DNA of 54,146 bases from positions 1-54,146 of IMG/VR virus record IMGVR_UViG_3300032242_001353, one strand, 5' to 3'. The DNA is from a virus. Its lineage: Duplodnaviria; Caudoviricetes. Every line of letters begins with the position of its first letter. Position 1 is the stretch's first letter. The translations under genes were made by a program, and so were the position numbers. Shown one piece after another: positions 1-8,917 of this stretch. The notes beneath the pieces were generated by a model, which searched no databases, had not been told where the DNA came from, and worked only from the letters and a program-made list of their open reading frames with translations.

Positions 1-1506
1 CATCGAGAACCAGTCTGGTGAATAAGCAGGATGTTTGCCTAAGAATGTCATGGCCGCACCTGCATTAGTAAATTCAGCAGCCGTCATTCTACTTGAGAAA
101 ATGTTAAACAACTGGAACTGACCTAGGTACAAATTAGATTCTTTGAATTCCTGCTTCAGTTGATTTACTTGTGAAGTTGCAAAAGCATACACTTCATAAG
201 GAATGCCAACTTTCTTACAAAACATTACCAATGAGAATAATTGTTTCATGGTATTGTTGATGTGGTTATGCATAGAACCAGACCAGTCAATGAACATCAC
301 CAGACCGTGTGATTTACCACCAGGAACAACGGTGACCTTTTTAAATATATCTTCACTGAACTGATATGAGAAAATCTTATTCAGATTCAAATCGCCAGTT
401 TTAGATACTGAAGCACGTTTCAATTGGTCAGCGTTTTTACGCAATTCAAATTCTTTGGCCAGATAAGAAACAACCTTATTGGTCTCATTACGAATTTTCA
501 TGAATTCAGCTCTGTCGTATTGACCGTCAGATGATTTGTACATGGCATACAATTGCTTGTGGTCTACGATAGCAGAATCTAAATCGACTTTAGGAACATT
601 TGTGTAAATGTAACCACGACTTTCATCGGAGACTAATTTCTTCTCATTACGTTTGAATGCCTCATCGGTAAATGATTTTAATTTGTCCTCGATTTTTTTC
701 TCATCATCATAAACACCACGGCCTTTTACTTGGTCTTTTTTAGATGTTTCACCGTCATCACTGGTGTCATCATCATCGGTACCTTTAGATGATTCATCTT
801 CACTTTCTTCATCACCAGAAGAACCAGATTGACTAGAATTTTGATATTGGCCATCTTCATCTTCATCAAATGAATCACCAAATTCACCATCATCATCTTG
901 TTCTTCTTCCTCTGGTAAACCATCCTTAGCACGTTCTTTTTGTTTTTCTTTTTCCTGTTCACGCATCAAAGCTTCAAGTTTTTTGGAAACTTCAATAACT
1001 TCATCATACGTATCGGTAGTTTCTACCTCATTTAGTAGAACACGCTCTTCAGGAGAAAAACGAATCATTTGACTAGCACCACCTTTGCAATGCAAATTGA
1101 TACGGTCAATCAGATTGTACTCATTGATGTTTGCACCTTTGGTTTCAAAGAAATCTTTTTCGATTAGTTCTTTGTAACCTTTGAGGAAAGATACACGTAG
1201 ACCTGGATAATTGTCTTTTACTTTACGTTCAATACGGGAATCTTCTACAACATTCACAATACTCATATTGATTTTTTCTTGTTTTGCTTTTTGCATACCT
1301 TCAAGCGGTGTGTACAAAGCATGGCCAACTTCATGACCAACAAAAAGGTCGTATAATTCTGGTGATAAATTTCTGTCGAGAATAGGTAATATCAATACAC
1401 GATTTTTAACATCAAAGGAGGCCGTTTGAACATTACGCTGTTCAACAACCAGATTTTCTGTTGCCATTAGTTTTGCAAGAATTGATTTAGTTTCAGCTAA
1501 TTGCAT
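1..1506 (-). CDS. HExxH metallopeptidase-like / vWA (CobT-like) protein, 3' end runs off the window
   Basis: Absent from the ORF track; read manually from ATG at 1506: MQLAETKSILAKLMATENLVVEQRNVQTASFDVKNRVL...GHEVGHALYTP, then an acidic linker and the vWA MIDAS motif FIDWSGSM; frame is consistent to position 1. Confidence 0.85.
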   Translation of the reverse strand, partial: MQLAETKSILAKLMATENLVVEQRNVQTASFDVKNRVLILPILDRNLSPELYDLFVGHEVGHALYTPLEGMQKAKQEKINMSIVNVVEDSRIERKVKDNYPGLRVSFLKGYKELIEKDFFETKGANINEYNLIDRINLHCKGGASQMIRFSPEERVLLNEVETTDTYDEVIEVSKKLEALMREQEKEKQKERAKDGLPEEEEQDDDGEFGDSFDEDEDGQYQNSSQSGSSGDEESEDESSKGTDDDDTSDDGETSKKDQVKGRGVYDDEKKIEDKLKSFTDEAFKRNEKKLVSDESRGYIYTNVPKVDLDSAIVDHKQLYAMYKSSDGQYDRAEFMKIRNETNKVVSYLAKEFELRKNADQLKRASVSKTGDLNLNKIFSYQFSEDIFKKVTVVPGGKSHGLVMFIDWSGSMHNHINNTMKQLFSLVMFCKKVGIPYEVYAFATSQVNQLKQEFKESNLYLGQFQLFNIFSSRMTAAEFTNAGAAMTFLGKHPAYSPDWFSM

Positions 1507-1535
1507 TTTGAATGCCTCATGAATTAAGAATACGT

Positions 1536-1564
1536 ATTATCTCACAAAAATCGTATACCGTCAA
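1536..1564 (-). promoter_or_regulatory. sigma70-type early promoter TTGACG-N17-GATAAT
   Basis: Near-consensus hexamers with 17-bp spacer, 30 bp upstream of the vWA gene. Confidence 0.7.
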
Positions 1565-1582
1565 GTGAAATCGTAAAATGGT

Positions 1583-1600
1583 AGTTGTTTCCATACAACA
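1583..1600. promoter_or_regulatory. palindromic site AGTTGT-N6-ACAACA
   Basis: One-mismatch copy of the palindrome at 2493 and 47444; 18 bp upstream of the -35. Confidence 0.55.
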
Positions 1601-1603
1601 CTT

Positions 1604-1744
1604 TTACTCGTACTGTTCCTTTAGTTTTTGATACCATTCCATGTCATTTTGATAATTACTTTTTGCTACCCACCCCCTGATAATCATTTCTAAATGGCTC
1701 ATAGGATCAAGTTCTTGTTCTGGAATCTGTACGGCTTCACTCAT
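1604..1744 (-). CDS. small hypothetical protein (46 aa)
   Basis: MSEAVQIPEQELDPMSHLEMIIRGWVAKS...; AAGGAAA RBS; fills the intergenic gap. Confidence 0.65.
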   Translation of the reverse strand: MSEAVQIPEQELDPMSHLEMIIRGWVAKSNYQNDMEWYQKLKEQYE

Positions 1745-1760
1745 TTTGTATTTCCTTCGT

Positions 1761-1928
1761 TTAATGATAAAAAGTTGATGTATCTACTACTAGGTTTCCT
1801 GCTTTTTTTGCTCCATCGAGCAATTCTATGAATGTCAGGAAGTCTTCCGCATTTTCTTCGGTGACTTCCTGCAATAATTCTTCTAATTCTGATAACTCAT
1901 CATTGTATTTTTTGCCGGAATCTATCAT
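1761..1928 (-). CDS. small acidic hypothetical protein (55 aa)
   Basis: MIDSGKKYNDELSELEELLQEV...; GGAG RBS. Confidence 0.65.
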   Translation of the reverse strand: MIDSGKKYNDELSELEELLQEVTEENAEDFLTFIELLDGAKKAGNLVVDTSTFYH

Positions 1929-1929
1929 T

Positions 1930-2091
1930 TTAATACTCCAAAGTTAGGTTTTTTGCAAAATCTTGCTTATATTTGACTTTTCTTGAAAATTCAGCGTCAT
2001 TTTTGTGTCGAATTACCGGTTTTATCGGTGTCCGACAATGTGGACGAGCTAAATTTACAGTAAATTTGAGATTTTTTGTATTTTTCTTCAT
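1930..2091 (-). CDS. small basic hypothetical protein (53 aa)
   Basis: MKKNTKNLKFTVNLARPHCRTPIKPVIRHKNDAEFSRKVKYKQ...; tightly packed between neighbours. Confidence 0.6.
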   Translation of the reverse strand: MKKNTKNLKFTVNLARPHCRTPIKPVIRHKNDAEFSRKVKYKQDFAKNLTLEY

Positions 2092-2096
2092 TTTTA

Positions 2097-2432
2097 TTAT
2101 CTCCGCATACTGGAAATTTCTACGGCCTGCTCAGAATTGAAAACCGGCACAGCATTAGATTTGTGCATAGTTGCAATTCCGACAATTTTATCGCCGGTGT
2201 ATTGTTTTGGTTGAGGTTTTGTTGCATTTCCGACACCACTGTCCAAGGATGCGTACTTCCGTGGGTTTCGGTCGTCAGGAATGGCCAGATGGTAACCTTT
2301 GAGAGGTTTAAACTTGGACGCCTTTACCTTCACGCCGGAAGAATGTTTATTCAACCACGCTTGGTATTCTTCACGCTCAGCTTTTGGCTTGAGTTTTGGC
2401 TTAGATTTTTTGAAATGTGTATGTATAATCAT
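2097..2432 (-). CDS. conserved T4-like phage hypothetical protein
   Basis: C-terminal YTG..GIATMHKSNAVPV motif recalled from T4-like phage proteins; directly downstream of a consensus promoter. Confidence 0.75.
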   Translation of the reverse strand: MIIHTHFKKSKPKLKPKAEREEYQAWLNKHSSGVKVKASKFKPLKGYHLAIPDDRNPRKYASLDSGVGNATKPQPKQYTGDKIVGIATMHKSNAVPVFNSEQAVEISSMRR

Positions 2433-2457
2433 ATAGAATCCCCAGTCAAGAATTATG

Positions 2458-2485
2458 ATTATACAGGAACCACCTACTTTGTCAA
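2458..2485 (-). promoter_or_regulatory. sigma70-type early promoter TTGACA-N16-TATAAT
   Basis: Perfect hexamers, 16-bp spacer. Confidence 0.75.
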
Positions 2486-2492
2486 GCAGACC

Positions 2493-2510
2493 TGTTGTAT
2501 AAAAACAACA
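2493..2510. promoter_or_regulatory. palindromic site TGTTGT-N6-ACAACA
   Basis: Perfect inverted repeat 7 bp upstream of the -35. Confidence 0.65.
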
Positions 2511-2511
2511 G

Positions 2512-2688
2512 TTATCTTCTTACTAAGTTGTCAATATTGAAATCATCATCATTTTGATAATATTTCATTTTTTTTAATTCGTTTCTTTCATTTTTACTAC
2601 GCTTTTTGGCCTTTTCGTAACCTTTTTCGTAATAATCATCATTCTGGTAATCTTTTTGCTTACGAAATTTTCCTACAGTTTTTGACAC
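2512..2688 (-). CDS. small charged hypothetical protein (58 aa, GTG start)
   Basis: MSKTVGKFRKQKDYQNDDYYEKG...; GGAGAAGG RBS; not in the ORF track. Confidence 0.65.
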   Translation of the reverse strand: MSKTVGKFRKQKDYQNDDYYEKGYEKAKKRSKNERNELKKMKYYQNDDDFNIDNLVRR

Positions 2689-2697
2689 AACCTTCTC

Positions 2698-3069
2698 CTA
2701 TTCCATTGTTTCGAATTTAATGCCTTTTATTTTAGCTTCCGGCATATTTTGCATATCTGTATTACTGACATAAGTTATATCAGCACCAGGATAACAAATC
2801 TTGACAATTTTTAACAACTGACAAACAGTTCCATCCAAGTCACCAAACGATAATATCTCATCTACGAATTTTACACTACTTACAATTTCCCTTCGGGTGT
2901 TATAATTCTCACCGATTGAACCACGACACCATTGTAACCACCAATCTGTGTGTATTCCTACAATAAGCCAATCTCCTTTGGATTTGCACTTTTGTAGGAA
3001 TTTCAAATCATCAGCAGTAAACGGATCAAACTCAGAACAAGTTACTATTATTTTTTCTTTTTTTGTCAT
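2698..3069 (-). CDS. cytidylyltransferase-like (HldC/TagD fold) protein with degenerate HxGH motif
   Basis: IIVT..FDP...GDWLIVGIHTD...R..IV..VKFVDE pattern is retained, but HxGH reads TADD. Confidence 0.7.
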   Translation of the reverse strand: MTKKEKIIVTCSEFDPFTADDLKFLQKCKSKGDWLIVGIHTDWWLQWCRGSIGENYNTRREIVSSVKFVDEILSFGDLDGTVCQLLKIVKICYPGADITYVSNTDMQNMPEAKIKGIKFETME

Positions 3070-3491
3070 GGTAACATAGTTGGAAAGGCCTCTTTAACAA
3101 ATTGATATGTTAGTCCACTCACACACTGATCTTTCCTGAAAATCCCAATAATAACTTCAGCTTCACGAGGTTCTAGTGATTCGAGTAATTGTATTAGTAA
3201 TTCGGTTTGTTTTCTTGGAGTTATGTTTGCAGAGGAAGGATGTCCTTCTTGAAACAAATAGAGCTTTCGTAATTCTGTGCCTAATTGGCAATATGACATA
3301 CCAGCAATTGACACATCTGGTATTCTGTAGTTCTCAGGCATTTCTTTTACTTTCCATTGATAATTCGGATGGTAAGTTAATAGTAATACCTGATACAACG
3401 TTTTGGAAAGGTTCTTTTCTATAACCTTCATTTTTTCAATCTTTGATGAAGCTTCTTCAAACTCATCAAATACTTCATACATATTTTTCAT
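3066..3491 (-). CDS. conserved T4-like hypothetical protein (found next to rnh)
   Basis: LIQLLESLEPREAEVI...VKEAFP motif typical of this phage family. Confidence 0.75.
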   Translation of the reverse strand: MKNMYEVFDEFEEASSKIEKMKVIEKNLSKTLYQVLLLTYHPNYQWKVKEMPENYRIPDVSIAGMSYCQLGTELRKLYLFQEGHPSSANITPRKQTELLIQLLESLEPREAEVIIGIFRKDQCVSGLTYQFVKEAFPTMLP

Positions 3492-4351
3492 TAAAATTCC
3501 TCAATTACGTCCATCAGATTTTTTAGTTTATACTCAATAAAATAGGTTAGGAGTTTACTCTTTGGTGCAGGCTTTGCTTCTTCATAAGTATTTATGATTT
3601 TCTCTTTTATCTCTAGTGGAATATTTTTAAGGTCAATCAATATTTGATTACGTGAAAAACCAGTTTGTGCTTCACTTGACCATTTATCCATGTTCTCTTT
3701 CAACAATTTATCCATTACACCTTTAGTAATAGGTTTTTGTCTTAGGTCACGGACAAAACAATCTGATGGTGAGAAGATATTTGGTATACCATCACCTTTG
3801 TCACCACGAATAATCTTTTCATTTAGTTCAGCCAATGGATTATCTGATTTGACAAATTTCTTCTGTGCAGGGTTATATTGCTTAACTGTGTACTTGCTAT
3901 GGCCATTATATTGTTGTAATTGTAAAAAGTCACCATCACTGGAAATAATTACAATATCTTCATGCATGATGTGACGAGGAACTAAAGTACCAATAACATC
4001 ATCGGCCTCAGCACCTTCAACATCAATTACTTTATAGGGGAAGTTTTCTTTTAGTTCAACTTTCATTTTAGCTAGAATGTCAAAAATCAAGTGCCAATCT
4101 AAATCAGACTTTTCACGTGATTTCTTACGACCTGCTTTGTAGAAAGGAAAATATTCTTTACGCCAGTATTTACGGTTATCACAACATAGTACAACTTCAC
4201 CATATTCCTTGCGGAAGGTTTTCATGTGGGTACGTATAATGTTCAATACCATATGACGTACCAAACCTTCTTCAATCTTGACACCTTTCTGTCCGGCAAT
4301 TTGTGCCATTATACCAGAAAGTAATACTTGGTTTAAGTCAACGAGAATCAT
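3491..4351 (-). CDS. rnh: T4-type RNase H (5'-3' exonuclease)
   Basis: MILVDLNQ, YWRK..FPFYKAGRK, EADDVIG, ISSDGDFLQL, GDKGDGIPN motifs. Confidence 0.95.
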   Translation of the reverse strand: MILVDLNQVLLSGIMAQIAGQKGVKIEEGLVRHMVLNIIRTHMKTFRKEYGEVVLCCDNRKYWRKEYFPFYKAGRKKSREKSDLDWHLIFDILAKMKVELKENFPYKVIDVEGAEADDVIGTLVPRHIMHEDIVIISSDGDFLQLQQYNGHSKYTVKQYNPAQKKFVKSDNPLAELNEKIIRGDKGDGIPNIFSPSDCFVRDLRQKPITKGVMDKLLKENMDKWSSEAQTGFSRNQILIDLKNIPLEIKEKIINTYEEAKPAPKSKLLTYFIEYKLKNLMDVIEEF

Positions 4352-4380
4352 AACAAACTTTCAATAGTTTCAGTCCGTCT

Positions 4381-4409
4381 ATATTACAGGCTTTTATTTA
4401 AAATGTCAA
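4381..4409 (-). promoter_or_regulatory. sigma70-type promoter TTGACA-N17-TAATAT
   Basis: Upstream of rnh, overlapping the end of the preceding ORF. Confidence 0.6.
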
Positions 4410-4725
4410 GCGTTTTTTGGATGAATTTTTCAGAGGTAGTTGTCTTTTTTGCAACCATGCCATACCAGCCTTGTGGTATTAATTGAGAGATATATTCGAG
4501 GGGTTCGGAGAGTATTGCATCAAAATTATCTAAGTTAGTAAATGATTCTCCACCCTCTTTAAAAAGGATAACATGCCACCAATCACCCATTATACTTCCT
4601 GGTATTTTTTCACCAGGATTCTTATATAACTGACCTTCTATTTTTAAGGCCTTTTCTTCATAATCAGGAAAGAATGTAAGACAATCATAATCTTCGCTTT
4701 GTATATCATGGAACATTTCTAGCAT
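4384..4725 (-). CDS. hypothetical protein
   Basis: ORF track; start moved to MLEMFHD. Confidence 0.7.
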   Translation of the reverse strand: MLEMFHDIQSEDYDCLTFFPDYEEKALKIEGQLYKNPGEKIPGSIMGDWWHVILFKEGGESFTNLDNFDAILSEPLEYISQLIPQGWYGMVAKKTTTSEKFIQKTLDILNKSL

Positions 4726-5131
4726 TATAATCCTTAATGTGAGATTTTCTAACACGTACCATTATCCACGTGTTGTAATAATCATCACTCTCTAGTACGT
4801 TGTTAGTAAACTGTTCTTTAGCTTCGAGATATCCACATTCTCCCTTTGACTTGCAAAGGTGTATAATCTCTCTTTTAAAGTTCTCTAGGCCGTATTGTAA
4901 CACATCTTGCTTCAATGTGTCACTACTCCCATAGTAAGTTTGCCAATCACTTGGTACTTTCACTTTTTTCTTTTTACCTTTGATTTGCTTGGTTTTGGTA
5001 GAATAAAAAAATTTCTTACCTATGTATTTTTTGTTATTCGCTAGATTGGTAATCTGATAAACGAATCCGTAGTTATCACCAATCAAATCTTCAGTAAAGT
5101 CTTTTCTATTATATTGCCAACTTAATCCCAT
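4706..5131 (-). CDS. GIY-YIG family nuclease-like protein
   Basis: YGFVYQITN..NKKYIGKK, YYGSS, F.REII..C, E...Q, YYN motifs. Confidence 0.8.
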   Translation of the reverse strand: MGLSWQYNRKDFTEDLIGDNYGFVYQITNLANNKKYIGKKFFYSTKTKQIKGKKKKVKVPSDWQTYYGSSDTLKQDVLQYGLENFKREIIHLCKSKGECGYLEAKEQFTNNVLESDDYYNTWIMVRVRKSHIKDYNARNVP

Positions 5132-5310
5132 TTATCATCATCGTCCAAATCATCTTCATCCTCTATATAGGCTTCCGACAATTCTTCGATGATTTCACCA
5201 CAGAATGGACAATGTTCAGGTAATTCTTGTGACACTAGTTCCTCCATGAATTCGATATGATATGATGATTCGCAGTTATGACATTCTCCACTTATTATTT
5301 TGTTTGTCAT
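5122..5310 (-). CDS. small zinc-ribbon protein with acidic tail
   Basis: CHNC...CPFC followed by EDEDDLDDDD. Confidence 0.8.
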   Translation of the reverse strand: MTNKIISGECHNCESSYHIEFMEELVSQELPEHCPFCGEIIEELSEAYIEDEDDLDDDDKWD

Positions 5311-5319
5311 TGTTTTCCT

Positions 5320-6309
5320 TTAGTTAGCCCAAACATCACCCCAATCACCACTTAATGCACCTTTAGCATAATCAGTAGCACGATTCTCAAAGAAGTTGGT
5401 GTGAGTTGGTGCGTTAATCATTTCTTCTACCCATGGCAAAGGATTCTTCTTTACCTTGAATATACCTTTAAGACCAAGAGATATAAGCCTACGGTCGGCA
5501 ATATAACGGATATATCGTTTAACATCTTCGCTAGAGAGACCGTCAATACCGCCCATAGAAAAGGAGAGATCAATAAATTTGTCCTCAAGCTCCACCATTC
5601 TTTCAGCGATACTATAAATTCGTCCTTTAAGTTCATCGTTCCATATCTCTTTGTTTTCTTCTATATAGGTTCGGAATAATTTAATCATTGACTCTGCGTG
5701 TTGTGTTTCATCAACAATAGACCAAGTAACAATCTGACCCATACCTTTCATCTTACCCATGCGTGGGAAGTTTAATAACATAATGAAGGAACTGAATAGT
5801 TGCATACCTTCAGTAAATGCGGAGAATACAGCAATCTGTGTAGCAGTAGATGCTGCATCAGCACCATTTGAACTGATGTCTGTTACATAGTCATGCTTCT
5901 CACGCATCTCTGCGTATTCCATAAACTGATTGTATGTAGTTTCTGGTAGACCAAGTGTTTCAATCAAATGTGAATATGCTGCAATATGTAAGGCCTCTCT
6001 TGCTGAGAAACCAAGTAACATCATTCTTACTTCAGGTTGCGGGAAATGAGGTAGATAATTATTAACATACCCACCTGCAACATCAATGTCACCCTGAGTA
6101 AAGAATCGGAATATATGAGTAAGGAAATTCTTTTCATTCTCCGTAAGCTTTTTCTTCCAATCTTTAACATCTTCAAGCATAGGGACTTCAGTGTGTAACC
6201 AATGTGATTGTTCATGTTTTAACCAGGCATCATAAGCCCAAGGATAGTTGAATGGTTTGAAGTGAGTTCGTTCGTCTGTTAAATTTGTGTTAACTGCTTT
6301 TTTAATCAT
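5320..6309 (-). CDS. nrdB: class Ia ribonucleotide reductase beta subunit
   Basis: FFTQGD, EALH..AY, EGMQLFSSF, DETQH, NFFENR diiron/tyrosyl-radical motifs. Confidence 0.97.
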   Translation of the reverse strand: MIKKAVNTNLTDERTHFKPFNYPWAYDAWLKHEQSHWLHTEVPMLEDVKDWKKKLTENEKNFLTHIFRFFTQGDIDVAGGYVNNYLPHFPQPEVRMMLLGFSAREALHIAAYSHLIETLGLPETTYNQFMEYAEMREKHDYVTDISSNGADAASTATQIAVFSAFTEGMQLFSSFIMLLNFPRMGKMKGMGQIVTWSIVDETQHAESMIKLFRTYIEENKEIWNDELKGRIYSIAERMVELEDKFIDLSFSMGGIDGLSSEDVKRYIRYIADRRLISLGLKGIFKVKKNPLPWVEEMINAPTHTNFFENRATDYAKGALSGDWGDVWAN

Positions 6310-6469
6310 GTTTTTCTTCTTCCTTTTTTTCTTCTTTCTTTTTATCTTCTTTTTTAACTTCTACTTTTTGTTCTATAGATGGAGGAAAATGTGGTTCAAT
6401 AACATAATGGTTAGCACTCCACCAACCGAAAGCACTTACGAAACCATATAGGAACATTTCACCGATCAT
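6302..6469 (-). CDS. small membrane protein (55 aa) with KE-rich tail
   Basis: MIGEMFLYGFVSAFGWWSANHYVIEPHFPP...; fills the gap between BPL_N and nrdB; not in the ORF track. Confidence 0.6.
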   Translation of the reverse strand: MIGEMFLYGFVSAFGWWSANHYVIEPHFPPSIEQKVEVKKEDKKKEEKKEEEKHD

Positions 6470-6470
6470 T

Positions 6471-7115
6471 TCAATTCTCCATCAACTCATTAACGAAATC
6501 TAATAATAATTTATGTTGTACACCACCATGATAATGATTCTTCATCCAACTGTGATATGTGTACCAAATAGGTGTACTTTCTGGATGACATCCTATAATA
6601 CCAATGTTATTCTGTATTATAGCCATTGGATCACCATTTGAATATCTTGCAATAGTTTTAAATTTACTTTCATCACCAGCTAAGGCACAACCATCAAAGA
6701 AAAACATTTTGTGTTCTTCACCTTTCCATGTTATTGGTAAGGCCTTAGCATGTGGTCGTCTCGTACAGGTATTCGGTCTTGTTATGTATTGTACTGCATC
6801 AACATCATTTAAGATATTAAAGTAATGTGATCCTGCCCAATAAGCACCCATACAGATACCAAGATACTTACCACCATTATTCAGAAAATCATATATCTTT
6901 GTTCCATTGTTATTGAATAAGTGATGCCATGATTCTGAATCACCTTCACCACCAGGAAATGCAACCAAATCAACATCATCAAAGAAATCTTTTTCCACTT
7001 CATGTTTGGTGAATATCTTAAATGTGTACTCGTCAGATAAAGCTTCGATTATACCATTACCACATTGGATGGAACATCTTGGGTGATGCAAAAAGAGAGC
7101 TATCTTACGTTTCAT
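6471..7115 (-). CDS. BPL_N-like class I glutamine amidotransferase-fold protein
   Basis: FPGG, GGKYLGICMGAY nucleophile elbow, HPE. Confidence 0.8.
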   Translation of the reverse strand: MKRKIALFLHHPRCSIQCGNGIIEALSDEYTFKIFTKHEVEKDFFDDVDLVAFPGGEGDSESWHHLFNNNGTKIYDFLNNGGKYLGICMGAYWAGSHYFNILNDVDAVQYITRPNTCTRRPHAKALPITWKGEEHKMFFFDGCALAGDESKFKTIARYSNGDPMAIIQNNIGIIGCHPESTPIWYTYHSWMKNHYHGGVQHKLLLDFVNELMEN

Positions 7116-7119
7116 TTAG

Positions 7120-8904
7120 CTAACCCTCACACGCAATACAATCATTACCTTGTGCAATTTCTAACATGTCTAACTCCTTAATAACTTGTCTTTCAATACG
7201 TTTTGATACTTTATCGGCCTTACCGATTTTCTCTGAACGGCAATAGTATAATGTTTTCAAACCTTTCTTCCATGCCATGAAATGAATAGCATGTATATAC
7301 TTGATATGTGCATCAGGTCTAAAGAATAGATTTAATGATTGTGCTTGGTCAATATAGTTCTGTCTATCTGCTGCCAAGTCAATCACCCATCGTTGGTCGA
7401 TCTCCATTGATGTCTTGAAGATGGCCTTCTCATTCTCATCAAGTATATCTAAATGTTGAACCGAACCATCATTGGCGATAATGGACGACCATATGTCTGC
7501 AAGTTGTTCTTCAACAATATTTTTGGATTTAAATAATGCCTCTAACCATTTGTTCTTGTTGAGGTGAGCACCTGACAAAGTATCTTGTCTGTATGCATTA
7601 GCACGATAAGGTTCAACAGAAGGGCTAGTATTACCCATAATAATGGAACTTGAAGCATTAGGAGCAATAGCCATAACATGAGAGAAACGTCTTCCAGTAC
7701 CAGCAGCATCTGGAGCTTCCCCACGTTCACTCCCAAGTTGTAGGTTTGCATCATCGAGGCCTTGTCTTATGTGTTTAAAGATACGATTGTTTGCGACCTT
7801 TGCCATAACACCTTCGAAAGCAATGCCGTTGCGTTGTAAGTAAGCATGAAAGCCGAGAGCGCCAACCCCAATGCTACGCTCACGCTCAGCAGAATACTTT
7901 GCTCTGGCAATTGTGTCAGGTGCATTATCGATAAAATACTGCAAGACATTATCAAGCATCTCAGCAACATCTCTGAGAAAGAGAGGTTCATCTTTCCATT
8001 CATCATAGGTCTCCAAATTCAAAGAAGAAAGGCAACAGACGGCCGTTCTTTGTTCATTAGTTGGTAATATAATTTCAGAACATAAATTAGATTGATGTAC
8101 TTTCAATCCTTTTTCTTTTAACCACTCAGGCAACATTCTATTACTTGTATCGATGAAGTGAATGTATGGTTCACCTGTATGCATACGTAGTTCTAGAATT
8201 TGTTGCCATAAATGTCTTGCTGATACAGTTTCTCTTATCTCACCAGATTTTGGATCAACTAACTTCCATTCATCACTAGCTTCAGGATCAACCATGCAGT
8301 TCTCAATTAGTTTCATGAAGTCATCAGTGATATTAATACCGTGATGTAAATTCAGGCAACGTACATTAGGGTCACCTGTTGGTTTACGCATCTCTAAGAA
8401 AGAAATAATATCAGGGTGGCTAATGTCGAGATAAGCAGCATAACTTCCACGGCGTGTTCTCCCTTGTCGATAAGCCAATGACGAAGCATCATATATTTTG
8501 AGGTGCGGCATAACACCAGTAGATTTGTCATCAGCAGAACGAATGCCAAATCCAATACCAACACCGCCACCAAGCATACTAAGCCAATTTGTTTCAGAGA
8601 GATTATCAACTAGTCCTTCCGCAGTATCTTCAATATAGTTAAGAAAACAAGAAATAGGCATCCCACGCTTAGACCGACCAAAGCTGAGAATGGGAGTAGA
8701 ATAAGATAACCAGTGCTTACTGGAATAATCGTATAATCTTTGTGCGTGAGCATCGTTACTAGCAAAAGACCTAGAAACAAAAGCGAAACGCTGTTGAGGA
8801 GATTCTTCATCTTCTCGCATATATGATTCTTTAAGTCTTTTGATTCCGAGTTCATCGAATAATTTATCTCTTTCTAAATCTATATTAATGCCTAAGTATT
8901 CCAT
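7120..8904 (-). CDS. nrdA: class Ia ribonucleotide reductase alpha subunit (no ATP cone)
   Basis: PISCF, SNLCSEI, CCLSS, APNASSS, DQAQS, KTLYY, C-terminal CIACEG. Confidence 0.97.
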   Translation of the reverse strand: MEYLGINIDLERDKLFDELGIKRLKESYMREDEESPQQRFAFVSRSFASNDAHAQRLYDYSSKHWLSYSTPILSFGRSKRGMPISCFLNYIEDTAEGLVDNLSETNWLSMLGGGVGIGFGIRSADDKSTGVMPHLKIYDASSLAYRQGRTRRGSYAAYLDISHPDIISFLEMRKPTGDPNVRCLNLHHGINITDDFMKLIENCMVDPEASDEWKLVDPKSGEIRETVSARHLWQQILELRMHTGEPYIHFIDTSNRMLPEWLKEKGLKVHQSNLCSEIILPTNEQRTAVCCLSSLNLETYDEWKDEPLFLRDVAEMLDNVLQYFIDNAPDTIARAKYSAERERSIGVGALGFHAYLQRNGIAFEGVMAKVANNRIFKHIRQGLDDANLQLGSERGEAPDAAGTGRRFSHVMAIAPNASSSIIMGNTSPSVEPYRANAYRQDTLSGAHLNKNKWLEALFKSKNIVEEQLADIWSSIIANDGSVQHLDILDENEKAIFKTSMEIDQRWVIDLAADRQNYIDQAQSLNLFFRPDAHIKYIHAIHFMAWKKGLKTLYYCRSEKIGKADKVSKRIERQVIKELDMLEIAQGNDCIACEG

Positions 8905-8917
8905 GGTTACCTTTTTA

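Noticed and set aside
726-962. 78-aa K/M-rich ORF in the track
   Set aside because: Alternative-frame shadow of the Asp/Glu-rich linker of the vWA gene; no convincing RBS
4706-5131. GIY-YIG gene as a mobile homing endonuclease
   Set aside because: Only the catalytic-type domain (141 aa), no DNA-binding extension or intron context; mobility cannot be supported
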